A stretch of 26,144 nt of DNA from a virus (IMGVR_UViG_3300010401_000032:1-26144); one strand, 5' to 3'; positions 8,785 through 16,351 are shown, counted from the stretch's first letter. A program made the numbers and translations. Notes: a model not told the origin generated them from the letters alone.

Positions 8785-9295
8785 TACCCACTTCGGGCAT
8801 ACCAATATTATCCGCTACTGTTCGCGACCTTTTGCGAATGTAGCGGAGATGAATGAGGGGCTCATCGAAAGATGGAATTCTCGTGTCACTAAGGGTGACA
8901 CGGTGTTTCACTTGGGCGACTTCTTTTATTCTATGAAAAAGGATGAAGCGATTGAAGTATTGCATCGTTTGAATGGACAGGTACGTATAGTGCCGGGCAA
9001 TCACGATAAACTCATCCATAGGATGTGGGAATCGTGGCAACTGTGCGAAGTTCGAAGATCAGAATTATTTGTACTTGAGCAACCTATAATAGAAATTCAT
9101 CACGAGCACAAGATGTTGGTATTATGCCACTTTCCTATTGAATCGTGGCATCAAAAGGAACGAGGGTCAATCCACTTACATGGACATAGCCACGGCAACT
9201 CTACGCCCACAATTAATAGATACGATGTAGGCGTAGATGTCTATGGTGGTCCAGTTACATTAGAAGAGCTAGAAAATAGAAAAGGATGGGCATGA
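8762..9295 (+). CDS. Calcineurin-like metallophosphoesterase
   Basis: SDTHFGH, HLGDF, GNHD, CHFP, HLHGHSH motifs. Confidence 0.92.
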   Translation: MTIFFTSDTHFGHTNIIRYCSRPFANVAEMNEGLIERWNSRVTKGDTVFHLGDFFYSMKKDEAIEVLHRLNGQVRIVPGNHDKLIHRMWESWQLCEVRRSELFVLEQPIIEIHHEHKMLVLCHFPIESWHQKERGSIHLHGHSHGNSTPTINRYDVGVDVYGGPVTLEELENRKGWA

Positions 9296-10401
9296 GATAC
9301 GATATAGCTACGGCAGAACTAGATCCCGCAACAAAAGTATTTATTCTGAATGCTTATAAAAAGGGATTAGAATTCCTGTCGTCCAATTATTTTATCATTC
9401 CCGATAAAGTTGAAGAGCTATTTGCTCTAATTCGTGCTCGTAAAGATTATACCGGCGAAGTGTCTTCTTCGTCATATATGTACTTTGAAACTGATGGCTA
9501 TCACATAGCTATCAATAAGGTTTCTAACATTTTATTGTTCGCCTGTCCAAATATCGCATGGTGCCAAGATTTTGTTAAAGGATTAGACGGATTCTCTAAA
9601 ACAAAAGAAAATGGCAGTATCAATATCGACTACTTCTTTCTTGCCAGCCATGGTGTTAGCAGAAATATCATCGAAGTTAATATTGATACCATGGAACAGA
9701 TTCACCCCGGATTGTATCCCGATGTTGACATTGATATTTTAAGCAGTGAATACATGAATGATAAGGATTCCATCCTTTTCTTAGCGGGAATCCCCGGAGT
9801 CGGTAAAACGACCTTCATGCGGTATCTTTTGCAGCGATTTGCAAAAAGGCAACTAAATCCCGATCTATTAGAATTACTTACCGGTGAATCTATTGCCTAC
9901 GTCAAAGACATGTCAGTAATGTCACAGAGTCAGTTCTGGTGTGAGCTTGTTAGTTCTAAATACAACATCATTATCTTTGACGATCTGGACTTCGGGCTTG
10001 CAACAAGAGACAACCCTGGCAATAACATCGTAAGCAATCTACTATCTTACAGCGATGGTATATTCGGCTCTAAAGCTAAGATCGTTATTACGACTAATAT
10101 GGCCATCACCGATATCGATAAGGCTTTACTACGCCCTGGAAGATGCTTCGATTTCCTCGTCTTAAATCCGCTAACTCGGAGCGACGCTTTAAATGCTTGG
10201 ATAACTATTCTTAATTTACCAAAAGAAGATTTTGAAGCACAGTGGCCAGATGCAAAAGAAATTACTCAATCAGATCTCATGAGTGTATCTTATCGTATTC
10301 GCGAAAGCAGAAAGCAACGCACATACGTTAAGAAAGGTAAGAATATTTATAATGTTGAAGATAAGATGAAACAAATGCTATCACCGGTAGGCTTTAAATG
10401 A
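9286..10401 (+). CDS. AAA+ ATPase
   Basis: Walker A GIPGVGKT, Walker B IIIFDDLD, TTN...IDKALLRPGRCF second region of homology. Confidence 0.9.
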   Translation: MGMRYDIATAELDPATKVFILNAYKKGLEFLSSNYFIIPDKVEELFALIRARKDYTGEVSSSSYMYFETDGYHIAINKVSNILLFACPNIAWCQDFVKGLDGFSKTKENGSINIDYFFLASHGVSRNIIEVNIDTMEQIHPGLYPDVDIDILSSEYMNDKDSILFLAGIPGVGKTTFMRYLLQRFAKRQLNPDLLELLTGESIAYVKDMSVMSQSQFWCELVSSKYNIIIFDDLDFGLATRDNPGNNIVSNLLSYSDGIFGSKAKIVITTNMAITDIDKALLRPGRCFDFLVLNPLTRSDALNAWITILNLPKEDFEAQWPDAKEITQSDLMSVSYRIRESRKQRTYVKKGKNIYNVEDKMKQMLSPVGFK

Positions 10402-10712
10402 AAACATTGATTGCAACTATTATTCTAAGCAGTTTGTCCTTTGGACAGACAAAAGTACCGCCGCCAAAAATCGACTATAGTAAGTACGGCTCCCTCTCTG
10501 GACAAATGATTGTATATCAAAATGTACAAAGACAGATAGACGTTTTAGAGCTTGAAAAATATAGGGCGTTTAGGGAAGAAATACGCCGCCAAACACCTAC
10601 AGTTGTGACTACCTATTACGTTTCGGAACGCCGCTCTTATTACGACCGTTGCCCAGTATCAAATGATTGCGTTAGACAGCGTAACTCCTGGCGATCATCG
10701 TCCAGGAAATAG
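10398..10712 (+). CDS. Secreted hypothetical protein
   Basis: Signal peptide MKTLIATIILSSLSFG; ATGA-coupled; last gene of the plus block. Confidence 0.7.
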   Translation: MKTLIATIILSSLSFGQTKVPPPKIDYSKYGSLSGQMIVYQNVQRQIDVLELEKYRAFREEIRRQTPTVVTTYYVSERRSYYDRCPVSNDCVRQRNSWRSSSRK

Positions 10713-10815
10713 CTGCCGCGTGTTTGTGGACCCCGGGCCGCCTTTGTAAAAACCTGCCATTCCGGCAGATTGAAAAAACTACCCTACCGTCGATGCAATA
10801 GGGTATTCTTTTCTA

Positions 10816-10902
10816 TCAATGCGAAAGGTAGGCTGAAACGATCCACGCGACGCAGAAGCATACGCCTAGTGCAAGGAACCTTTCCGAAATGTCAAGCTTC
10901 AT
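10816..10902 (-). CDS. 28-aa hydrophobic microprotein MKLDISERFLALGVCFCVAWIVSAYLSH
   Basis: Below ORF-track cutoff; strong SD AAGGAAAGGA upstream; one TM-like segment. Confidence 0.55.
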   Translation of the reverse strand: MKLDISERFLALGVCFCVAWIVSAYLSH

Positions 10903-10965
10903 GCTGATATGATCCTTTCCTTATGGTGTTCTGTTGCATGCTCAAGCTTCGAATAGTAGAAGACA

Positions 10966-11017
10966 AGGGGCCGAGCATGCTCGGCCCCTAGTGTATCCTA
11001 CGCTGCCCTATGGGCAA
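10966..11017 (-). promoter_or_regulatory. Promoter with perfect 24-bp palindrome abutting the -10
   Basis: TTGCCC(11017-11012)-16-TACACT(10995-10990), then AGGGGCCGAGCATGCTCGGCCCCT. Confidence 0.55.
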
Positions 11018-11023
11018 GCTAGC

Positions 11024-11098
11024 TTACATACATGCTTCGATGATGTAGCACAGTAGCACGCCACCGATTTGAAGGATGTCGAGTTTGGAGAGTTTCAT
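11024..11098 (-). CDS. 24-aa hydrophobic microprotein MKLSKLDILQIGGVLLCYIIEACM
   Basis: SD AAAGGA upstream; follows the stop of the 11118 gene. Confidence 0.5.
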   Translation of the reverse strand: MKLSKLDILQIGGVLLCYIIEACM

Positions 11099-11117
11099 AG
11101 CTGGATGTTTCCTTTGA

Positions 11118-11396
11118 TTAGCTGAAAAGGTTGCACAATTCTTGGAGGGTCGCGGGGCGATCTACTTCGGGCGATCCGCACAGATGGCAAGCTTCATCCG
11201 ATGCGAGTACCGTGGAGCGGACGCTCGCATCCGAGTACGTTTCGGCATGCTCGATACGGCACGCTTCGCAGAGTAGATCGGTATGCAGATTCCCGAGATT
11301 ATCCCGCCACTCCGCAGCGTAGAACGCTCCGGATTCCTTCGCGGGATCACGGTAGACCAAGTGGAGCATATGCTTTGAATCTGTGTAGGTTCGCAT
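11118..11396 (-). CDS. Hypothetical protein, possible Zn binder (CEAC, CHLC)
   Basis: 92-aa ORF, AGGA RBS. Confidence 0.65.
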   Translation of the reverse strand: MRTYTDSKHMLHLVYRDPAKESGAFYAAEWRDNLGNLHTDLLCEACRIEHAETYSDASVRSTVLASDEACHLCGSPEVDRPATLQELCNLFS

Positions 11397-11406
11397 GGTG
11401 GTCGTC

Positions 11407-11508
11407 CTAGTGCGGAACGGTGACAGTGTGAAGGATGGCGATCGCCTTCGAAATGATGATTCCGGCGAAGATGAAGGCGACCACTGCGGCTACTGCGTAG
11501 GACTTCAT
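11407..11508 (-). CDS. 33-aa membrane microprotein MKSYAVAAVVAFIFAGIIISKAIAILHTVTVPH
   Basis: AAAGGG upstream; long hydrophobic segment. Confidence 0.55.
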   Translation of the reverse strand: MKSYAVAAVVAFIFAGIIISKAIAILHTVTVPH

Positions 11509-11590
11509 GTTTGGGCTTCCCTTTGGGTTTCTCGTCTCTGCCCTACCTATCGGCAGGCTGGCAATGGACCTGAAACACAATCCGGAAAAT

Positions 11591-11625
11591 CTGAGGGCCG
11601 GACCTAAGTTAGGTCCGGCCCTCAG
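11591..11625 (-). terminator. 35-bp near-perfect inverted repeat, probable terminator
   Basis: CTGAGGGCCGGACCTAA-G-TTAGGTCCGGCCCTCAG downstream of the DUF932 stop; ATTTT follows on the minus strand. Confidence 0.6.
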
Positions 11626-11654
11626 GATACGTACCCCGCCCCGCTAGGCTTCGC

Positions 11655-12554
11655 TTAGGTGATACCCGCAAGCTTGTCGAGCATGGTCACCGTTTGCCCC
11701 TCGAACACCTGCCGCGTGCCGTTCAAAGCGTAGAGACTGGCCAAACGCTTCTCCTCGTTTTCCTTCGCCTTTTCGGGGAGATACCGGGTATTCGTCGACG
11801 TTACGGCATTGTAAACGTCGGCGAGACTCCGGCCGAACGTGCCGCGTTCCGGTCGGTTGAATTCGGAAAGTGCAAATTCGTACTCGTTCAAGGTTCGGGC
11901 CGAAACGTCTTCCAGATCCTTTCCCTTGAAACCGTAAAGGTCCGAGAGAATGACTGCCGCATCGGTTGCCGAAACGCTGGCCGAATTCCAGATCGTAACG
12001 CGATCGGAAATGCGGCGGATTTGCGTTTTGAGATCATTCCAAGTGGAAACCGCAAGGTCCAGATTTTCGCCAACCTTGCCAGAGTGCGGGATTGCGAAAC
12101 TCGCCATCCTAGCCGCCATCATAGCGGTATTCTGGCAAACGATCCTATGCGAATGGATCGAACCTCGGATTTTCCCGCCGCCGCCCTGGTGATTGTGGAG
12201 ACTCAGGAAATGCGTCCAATCTTCTCCCGCGACCTTGCCTTGTTCGGCCAGACTCCCGCCGTCGATTCGGAACGAGAGAACCTCATAACTCCCGCGATGG
12301 AAAAGGAAGCCTCGTTCCGGAGTGATCCAACCTTCCGCCATGAAGTGGTCGACACGCGACGCAACCTCGGCGGGAGAGATCGCCCGATATTCCGTCGAAA
12401 CCGTTTTCGGCGAGATGACTTCGCCATCGGTGGAGCGGACGATATGAAACTGCCCCCGGATGTTCTCGTCGCGGCGGATCGGATGGGGAGCGGGTTCCAA
12501 GGAAACGGAATAGTCCATTCCTTGCGATTTGAGAAACTCGGACATGCTGACCAT
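11655..12554 (-). CDS. DUF932-family (phage/plasmid-like) protein
   Basis: HIVRSTDGEVI..VSTEYR, LHNHQGGGG..RG....HRIVCQNT, SLADVYNAVT; SD AGAAAGG. Confidence 0.78.
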   Translation of the reverse strand: MVSMSEFLKSQGMDYSVSLEPAPHPIRRDENIRGQFHIVRSTDGEVISPKTVSTEYRAISPAEVASRVDHFMAEGWITPERGFLFHRGSYEVLSFRIDGGSLAEQGKVAGEDWTHFLSLHNHQGGGGKIRGSIHSHRIVCQNTAMMAARMASFAIPHSGKVGENLDLAVSTWNDLKTQIRRISDRVTIWNSASVSATDAAVILSDLYGFKGKDLEDVSARTLNEYEFALSEFNRPERGTFGRSLADVYNAVTSTNTRYLPEKAKENEEKRLASLYALNGTRQVFEGQTVTMLDKLAGIT

Positions 12555-12577
12555 GACTTGAACCTTTCTTTTGGAGC

Positions 12578-12618
12578 CTAGGGGCGGCGGGAACCTTTCC
12601 CGTCGCCCCTAGTGTATC
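12578..12618 (-). promoter_or_regulatory. 16-bp-arm inverted repeat next to a TACACT -10-like box, upstream of DUF932
   Basis: CTAGGGGCGGCGGGAA-CCT-TTCCCGTCGCCCCTAG then TGTATC; no clear -35. Confidence 0.45.
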
Positions 12619-12631
12619 GTCCGATTCTACT

Positions 12632-12784
12632 TCATGCCGTAGGATTCTCTAGTTTTTCTTTCGATCGGATCCGATCGGCCATTTCCTTATATACAGGAAG
12701 TCCAGCCTTCGCCGATCGAATGATCATTCCCAATTTTTTCGCCACGTGAACTAGTGTAACTTTTTCCACGCTCTTTTTTTCCAC
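12632..12784 (-). CDS. 50-aa basic hypothetical protein
   Basis: GTG 12784 with SD GAGAAAGGA; downstream of promoter 12821-12848. Confidence 0.6.
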   Translation of the reverse strand: MEKKSVEKVTLVHVAKKLGMIIRSAKAGLPVYKEMADRIRSKEKLENPTA

Positions 12785-12820
12785 GGGTAATCCTTTCTCG
12801 TTTTCACCCTCGATTCCACA

Positions 12821-12848
12821 AGTATACCACGATGGCATGTAAAGTCAA
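12821..12848 (-). promoter_or_regulatory. Sigma-70 promoter
   Basis: TTGACT-16-TATACT with extended TG. Confidence 0.75.
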
Positions 12849-12892
12849 GCATTTTTCGCAAAGCTTACAATGTATGCGTTATGTAAAATATC

Positions 12893-12920
12893 TTGTTTCC
12901 CGTTCGGGATATGATAGACT
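12893..12920 (+). promoter_or_regulatory. Divergent sigma-70 promoter into a non-coding region
   Basis: TTGTTT-16-TAGACT, extended TG; TCCCG-TT-CGGGA palindrome in the spacer. Confidence 0.55.
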
Positions 12921-12924
12921 CTAA

Positions 12925-12985
12925 GTTACGATAGCGTAACATCCACCTCAAGCTGTCAAAACGGCGGAATCTGTCGTTTTGGCAG
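12925..12985 (+). ncRNA. Candidate structured small RNA (3' end uncertain)
   Basis: Hairpins GUUACG-AUAG-CGUAAC and a 13-bp stem 12953-12965/12973-12985 with two G-U pairs that close only on the plus strand. Confidence 0.4.
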
Positions 12986-13153
12986 ATTGTGTTACGTTTT
13001 CGTGCCTTTACAATTCCTTTACGTTACGGTCGCGTAATATTACACAAGTTTTACATGAATTGGCGGCCGGCGAGGAGGGGAAGGTCCAGAGCCCGCAGTA
13101 ATGTACTTTTGCGGTGCCACCCGAAATTTTGTGGTCTACGACCACAAAGCCAT

Positions 13154-13193
13154 AAAATTCTGGAATCCGAAATGGCGGTTTCGGATTCCAGAA
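13154..13193 (-). terminator. Intrinsic terminator
   Basis: 15-bp stem TTCTGGAATCCGAAA/TTTCGGATTCCAGAA followed by TTTT on the minus strand. Confidence 0.7.
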
Positions 13194-13241
13194 GGGGACA
13201 TCGAGCTACTAATGGGGTTGAGAATTACCCCCGGTATTGTT

Positions 13242-13472
13242 TTACCAGTATCGATCCAGTGTTTCTTTTGCGATTTTCAACGTATAGCCAGTGATGTATC
13301 GGTGCAGCTTGATTGCCGCAAGCTTGTCTCCCTTGGTGACTCGTGCCAATTCCTGAGCCACTTCTTCATTAGTCCAGGTAGGACGCACCGGTTGTTCCGG
13401 CTTGATAGGGCCAAGGCGAACATGGGCCACGAATTCCAAGATCTCTTCAAGGCTGTCAAATTCAAGCTTCAT
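13242..13472 (-). CDS. Small protein with ribosomal L7/L12 C-terminal-like motif
   Basis: GDKLAAIKLHRYITGYTLKIAKETLD resembles the L12 CTD KIxxIKxVRxxTGLGLKEAKxxV; leaderless ATG 13472. Confidence 0.65.
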   Translation of the reverse strand: MKLEFDSLEEILEFVAHVRLGPIKPEQPVRPTWTNEEVAQELARVTKGDKLAAIKLHRYITGYTLKIAKETLDRYW

Positions 13473-13478
13473 AGTATC

Positions 13479-13507
13479 AGTATATCCAATAAACGTAACA
13501 GACGCAA
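13479..13507 (-). promoter_or_regulatory. Leaderless sigma-70 promoter
   Basis: TTGCGT-17-TATACT-6nt-ATG. Confidence 0.75.
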
Positions 13508-13572
13508 GCAAGAAGTGTTGGAAATAGTAATATTACAAAGAATAGAAGAAGCTTGGAAATGAGATATTTCAT

Positions 13573-13646
13573 AAAAAAGGGGACCTATCCTTTGTGCGTG
13601 GGCAGTTTAGATAGGTCCCCGATGCGGCTTCACGCCAACTTCTCTC
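13573..13646 (-). ncRNA. Candidate ~75-nt sRNA
   Basis: Own promoter TTGACT(13680)-16-TATACT(13653); ends in an 11-bp GC stem with 20-nt loop plus U6; no ORF. Confidence 0.55.
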
Positions 13647-13668
13647 GATGACAGTATATACTATCCTG

Positions 13669-14010
13669 TCATCGAGTCAAGAATCTCTTCATTTGTTCCA
13701 TCGAAGCTTGGATGTTTTTGCATCCAACGGGATTCGCAGAATGAATCGACCACTTTAGAGGATACAGAATAATACCTGGACCAGAGCCATGGCGATCAAC
13801 GAAAGCCATCATTTCCAGGAACTTTGCGACATCGTATCCCGTGCCTCGATCTTCGCCGAGATCATGATCGAAGCTAATCCATTCGATCGACTCACGATTG
13901 AGCCAGAGAAGACCGATACACTCTTTCGCCGTTCGGCAAATGGTCCAACCCTCATCCTTCTCGCCTTCGAGGTAGGACGGATTACGGATATCGTCGAGCC
14001 AAATCTTCAT
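13669..14010 (-). CDS. Cyclic-phosphate processing receiver-domain protein
   Basis: MKIWLDDIR.P, ISFDHDLG..RGTGYDV, IHSANPVG..NI signature; TAATG-coupled start 14010. Confidence 0.85.
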   Translation of the reverse strand: MKIWLDDIRNPSYLEGEKDEGWTICRTAKECIGLLWLNRESIEWISFDHDLGEDRGTGYDVAKFLEMMAFVDRHGSGPGIILYPLKWSIHSANPVGCKNIQASMEQMKRFLTR

Positions 14011-14177
14011 TATGCAGTCCCCAGATTTTGTCCTGTCAGTTTCTTCCAATTGAAAGCAATCCACCTACGGCAGCCACGATGAATGACATTGCCGTCCTTT
14101 AGGATTACAAACTCAGAACCAAATCTATTGAGGCCAATCCAATCGGCCCGCAGATTGTTGAACTCGGAAACGATCAT
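14010..14177 (-). CDS. 55-aa hypothetical protein MIVSEFNNLRADW...
   Basis: Not in track; promoter TTGGAA(14213)-16-TATAAT(14186) ends 8 nt before ATG; coupled to the receiver gene. Confidence 0.65.
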   Translation of the reverse strand: MIVSEFNNLRADWIGLNRFGSEFVILKDGNVIHRGCRRWIAFNWKKLTGQNLGTA

Positions 14178-14202
14178 AGTATTTCATTATACTATTTCCA
14201 GC

Positions 14203-14475
14203 CTACTTTCCAAATTCTCTTACAATCTCCTTACATGTCTGAATGTCCTCGATTTCGAGGGGTCCGGACAGATCGGCGAGCTTGGAAATGAAGAGCTTAG
14301 AAATGGCGTGTTTGTTCTTCCATTCCGTGTCTTGACCTAGAACGTGCGAAAGGTCGCAGATCGTTCTCATGTGTTCACAGAACTGAAACACGATGCCTGA
14401 CAGGTTGCACCCGTTTTGGACGAGTAGTGCATCCCGTGCGGCATCGGCATACCGCTTCTTCATGGCCGTATCCAT
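14203..14475 (-). CDS. 90-aa hypothetical protein MDTAMKKRYADAARDALLVQNGCNLSG...
   Basis: C-terminal part of track ORF 14203..14994; true start fixed by the leaderless promoter. Confidence 0.7.
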   Translation of the reverse strand: MDTAMKKRYADAARDALLVQNGCNLSGIVFQFCEHMRTICDLSHVLGQDTEWKNKHAISKLFISKLADLSGPLEIEDIQTCKEIVREFGK

Positions 14476-14481
14476 GGCTGG

Positions 14482-14510
14482 ATTGTAACACAGTGCGATA
14501 GCTCTGTCAA
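14482..14510 (-). promoter_or_regulatory. Leaderless sigma-70 promoter
   Basis: TTGACA-17-TACAAT-6nt-ATG. Confidence 0.8.
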
Positions 14511-14524
14511 TTCGGAAACGTAAT

Positions 14525-14553
14525 TTGCCGTGCAAGAGTTTATGCACTATTCT
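14525..14553 (+). promoter_or_regulatory. Divergent sigma-70 promoter
   Basis: TTGCCG-17-TATTCT; GTGCA-N8-TGCAC in the spacer. Confidence 0.65.
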
Positions 14554-14601
14554 AGGGCACCTTAGGCAATGGAGCCTAAAAACCACAATCAGGAGTGCAT
14601 C

Positions 14602-14745
14602 ATGGTCAACACCCTCAAGATTCAAGCGATCGAGCAAGGTACGACCCTCCAGGAACTCGTGTCCGAGATCCTCGGACGGGCTGGCATCGCTCGCCCGCGT
14701 GGACGCCCGAGGGGCCGCCGGCCCGCGACCGAGCAAGCTCAGTAG
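14602..14745 (+). CDS. 47-aa ribbon-helix-helix-like protein with C-terminal AT-hook
   Basis: MVNTLKIQAIEQGTTLQELVSEILGRAGIARPRGRPRGRRPATEQAQ; AGGAG RBS; not in track. Confidence 0.7.
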   Translation: MVNTLKIQAIEQGTTLQELVSEILGRAGIARPRGRPRGRRPATEQAQ

Positions 14746-14789
14746 TCGTCCCGGGTTCGGGAATTCGAAGGGCAAGCCAAGGAATTGGC

Positions 14790-14817
14790 TTGCTCTTTCG
14801 TCACTACCTACTATTAT
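14790..14817 (+). promoter_or_regulatory. Leaderless sigma-70 promoter
   Basis: TTGCTC-16-TATTAT-6nt-ATG; CCTAC/GTAGG arms flank the -10. Confidence 0.65.
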
Positions 14818-14823
14818 GTAGGC

Positions 14824-15009
14824 ATGGCACACAAGCTCGCTCACTTCTTCCCCTCCATCCTTACAGACCACAAAAATAGGAGCTATCTTGTAATTCAATT
14901 TACGGATGGTAGGGGCGAGCTTCAAATGGATATGAGAATTCCACTGTACCAAAACGATCCGGGGGCCGTCAAAGACGACCCCCGAGATCAGCAAACGAGC
15001 GTAACCTAG
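14824..15009 (+). CDS. 61-aa hypothetical protein MAHKLAHFFPSILT...
   Basis: Track frame 14785; start fixed by the leaderless promoter. Confidence 0.55.
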   Translation: MAHKLAHFFPSILTDHKNRSYLVIQFTDGRGELQMDMRIPLYQNDPGAVKDDPRDQQTSVT

Positions 15010-15011
15010 CG

Positions 15012-15176
15012 TTACGCAACGAGCCGCAGAATAGCCTTATGCACCGCCTCGTTGAGGTTGATGCCTTGGGCCGCTGCGAACTTCTTGACCAAATTCTTGG
15101 TCGAAGTGGGGATCCGAACGCCAAGAACGGACGTTTGGATGTTGAACGTGGACGGACGACCGAGCTTAGTAGCCAT
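15012..15176 (-). CDS. Ribbon-helix-helix DNA-binding protein with N-terminal GRP motif
   Basis: LGVRIPTSTKNLVKKFAAAQGINLNEAVHKAI RHH pattern; AAGGAG RBS. Confidence 0.78.
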   Translation of the reverse strand: MATKLGRPSTFNIQTSVLGVRIPTSTKNLVKKFAAAQGINLNEAVHKAILRLVA

Positions 15177-15197
15177 TTGCGATTCTCCTTTAGTAAT

Positions 15198-15250
15198 ACT
15201 AGAAACCATATCTAGTGGGAGGAGTATAGCACGGCCGGACCCGTTTACAA
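15198..15250 (-). promoter_or_regulatory. Promoter and 5' hairpin for the RHH gene
   Basis: TTGTAA-16-TATACT (extended TG); ACTAGA-N7-TCTAGT starts at the predicted +1. Confidence 0.65.
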
Positions 15251-15262
15251 GTTACGGGACAG

Positions 15263-15514
15263 TCATTTTGCGAACGGCAAGGAAGAATACGTCCATTCTT
15301 GACTTACCGTCCGGCCGTAGCCGTTCCAGTGCTCCAGGAGCCTATAAAGACTTCGCTCATCGAAGACTTGGACGTAACTCGTGCCCGTACGACCTGTCTT
15401 GTGATGCTTCCAATAGTACGGCACGCTGACCATACCCTTGGGGATGTCCTGCTGTCGAGTAGCCCGAGCGTAGTTCACTCCGGCCTCGTACAGGATGGGC
15501 TCTTCGTAATTCAA
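15263..15514 (-). CDS. Hypothetical protein
   Basis: Track start 15547; TTG 15514 (TTGA overlap, SD AAGGA upstream) preferred. Confidence 0.6.
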   Translation of the reverse strand: MNYEEPILYEAGVNYARATRQQDIPKGMVSVPYYWKHHKTGRTGTSYVQVFDERSLYRLLEHWNGYGRTVSQEWTYSSLPFAK

Positions 15515-15960
15515 TTGCCGCCCTTTTCCTTTTGTGAAAGGATCCATTCTCTAACTTGAGCCGGCGGACCCTTGACGAGGCTATTCCAACCAAAGTCAAG
15601 AATCTCAATCGAGAGAGAACAAGCCTCGTCAACGCTCACGATATAGACGTACTCTTCGCCAACATCCTTTGTGCCAGCCGGCTCAAGGTAGAAGTTCCCC
15701 ACCGATGTCCGGGCCGCCGTGTGCTTAGTCTTCGGATGGCTTCGCTTCAAACGTGCAACGATTTGAGCCGCGAGACACCCGGCTCCATTTGCCACGTTTT
15801 TATCTTCGTAGGAACTAATACCGTTTGTGATTCTGAAAGGCAGAAGGAAATCCACAAGTTCCAATCCGTGACCCTCGGGATAACCGTCCATTTGACGATA
15901 GAGGGTGAGGATATCTGCCCCACTTTCATTACGCACAATTGTAAGCGATCGAGTATCCAT
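15511..15960 (-). CDS. Conserved phage protein (YRxxDGYP motif)
   Basis: LYRQMDGYPEGHG...GCLAAQ...EEYVY is a recurrent phage hypothetical family. Confidence 0.75.
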   Translation of the reverse strand: MDTRSLTIVRNESGADILTLYRQMDGYPEGHGLELVDFLLPFRITNGISSYEDKNVANGAGCLAAQIVARLKRSHPKTKHTAARTSVGNFYLEPAGTKDVGEEYVYIVSVDEACSLSIEILDFGWNSLVKGPPAQVREWILSQKEKGGN

Positions 15961-15962
15961 GA

Positions 15963-16190
15963 TTATGTCTTTCTAAATCGTGGTAGTTGACGGATCCAGG
16001 AATTGTCGCCTTCTTCATATCGGATATCAGCATACAGCCGCAGAAATGCGGGAGCGTCGATATCTTGCTCTAAATAGAGATACTTGCCCGATTGCCGGCT
16101 GTACGGCGAAATCTTTAGCCCTACCCGCTTGGCTTCTGATAGCGGGACCTCAAGCCATGCACGGCCCGAGTCTGCGAGGAGGCGGAACAT
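15963..16190 (-). CDS. Conserved phage/plasmid small protein (DPGHGWL-like)
   Basis: ADSGRAWLEVP...ISPYS...YLYLEQDIDA. Confidence 0.7.
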   Translation of the reverse strand: MFRLLADSGRAWLEVPLSEAKRVGLKISPYSRQSGKYLYLEQDIDAPAFLRLYADIRYEEGDNSWIRQLPRFRKT

Positions 16191-16192
16191 GG

Positions 16193-16345
16193 CTATTCGC
16201 CAAAATAGCGAGCCATCGCCTCAAGCTCTTCGCCGCTAGGCGGCGGGACCCCGGGAATGTCCTCCCAAGCGTCCGCAGGAGCTTCCACGCTGGCCCAAAG
16301 GTCCGCCTTGATGATCGCTGCCTCGCCTTGTTCGGTGTTCTTCAT
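16193..16345 (-). CDS. 50-aa acidic hypothetical protein MKNTEQGEAAII...
   Basis: Not in track; leaderless start. Confidence 0.65.
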   Translation of the reverse strand: MKNTEQGEAAIIKADLWASVEAPADAWEDIPGVPPPSGEELEAMARYFGE

Positions 16346-16351
16346 GAATGT

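Noticed and set aside
11694-12581. 295-aa plus-strand ORF
   Set aside because: Shadow of the GC-rich DUF932 gene; no motifs, promoter or RBS.
14476-14994. N-terminal 173 aa of track ORF 14203..14994
   Set aside because: Spans two promoters and two better-supported plus-strand genes; the leaderless start at 14475 explains the real CDS.
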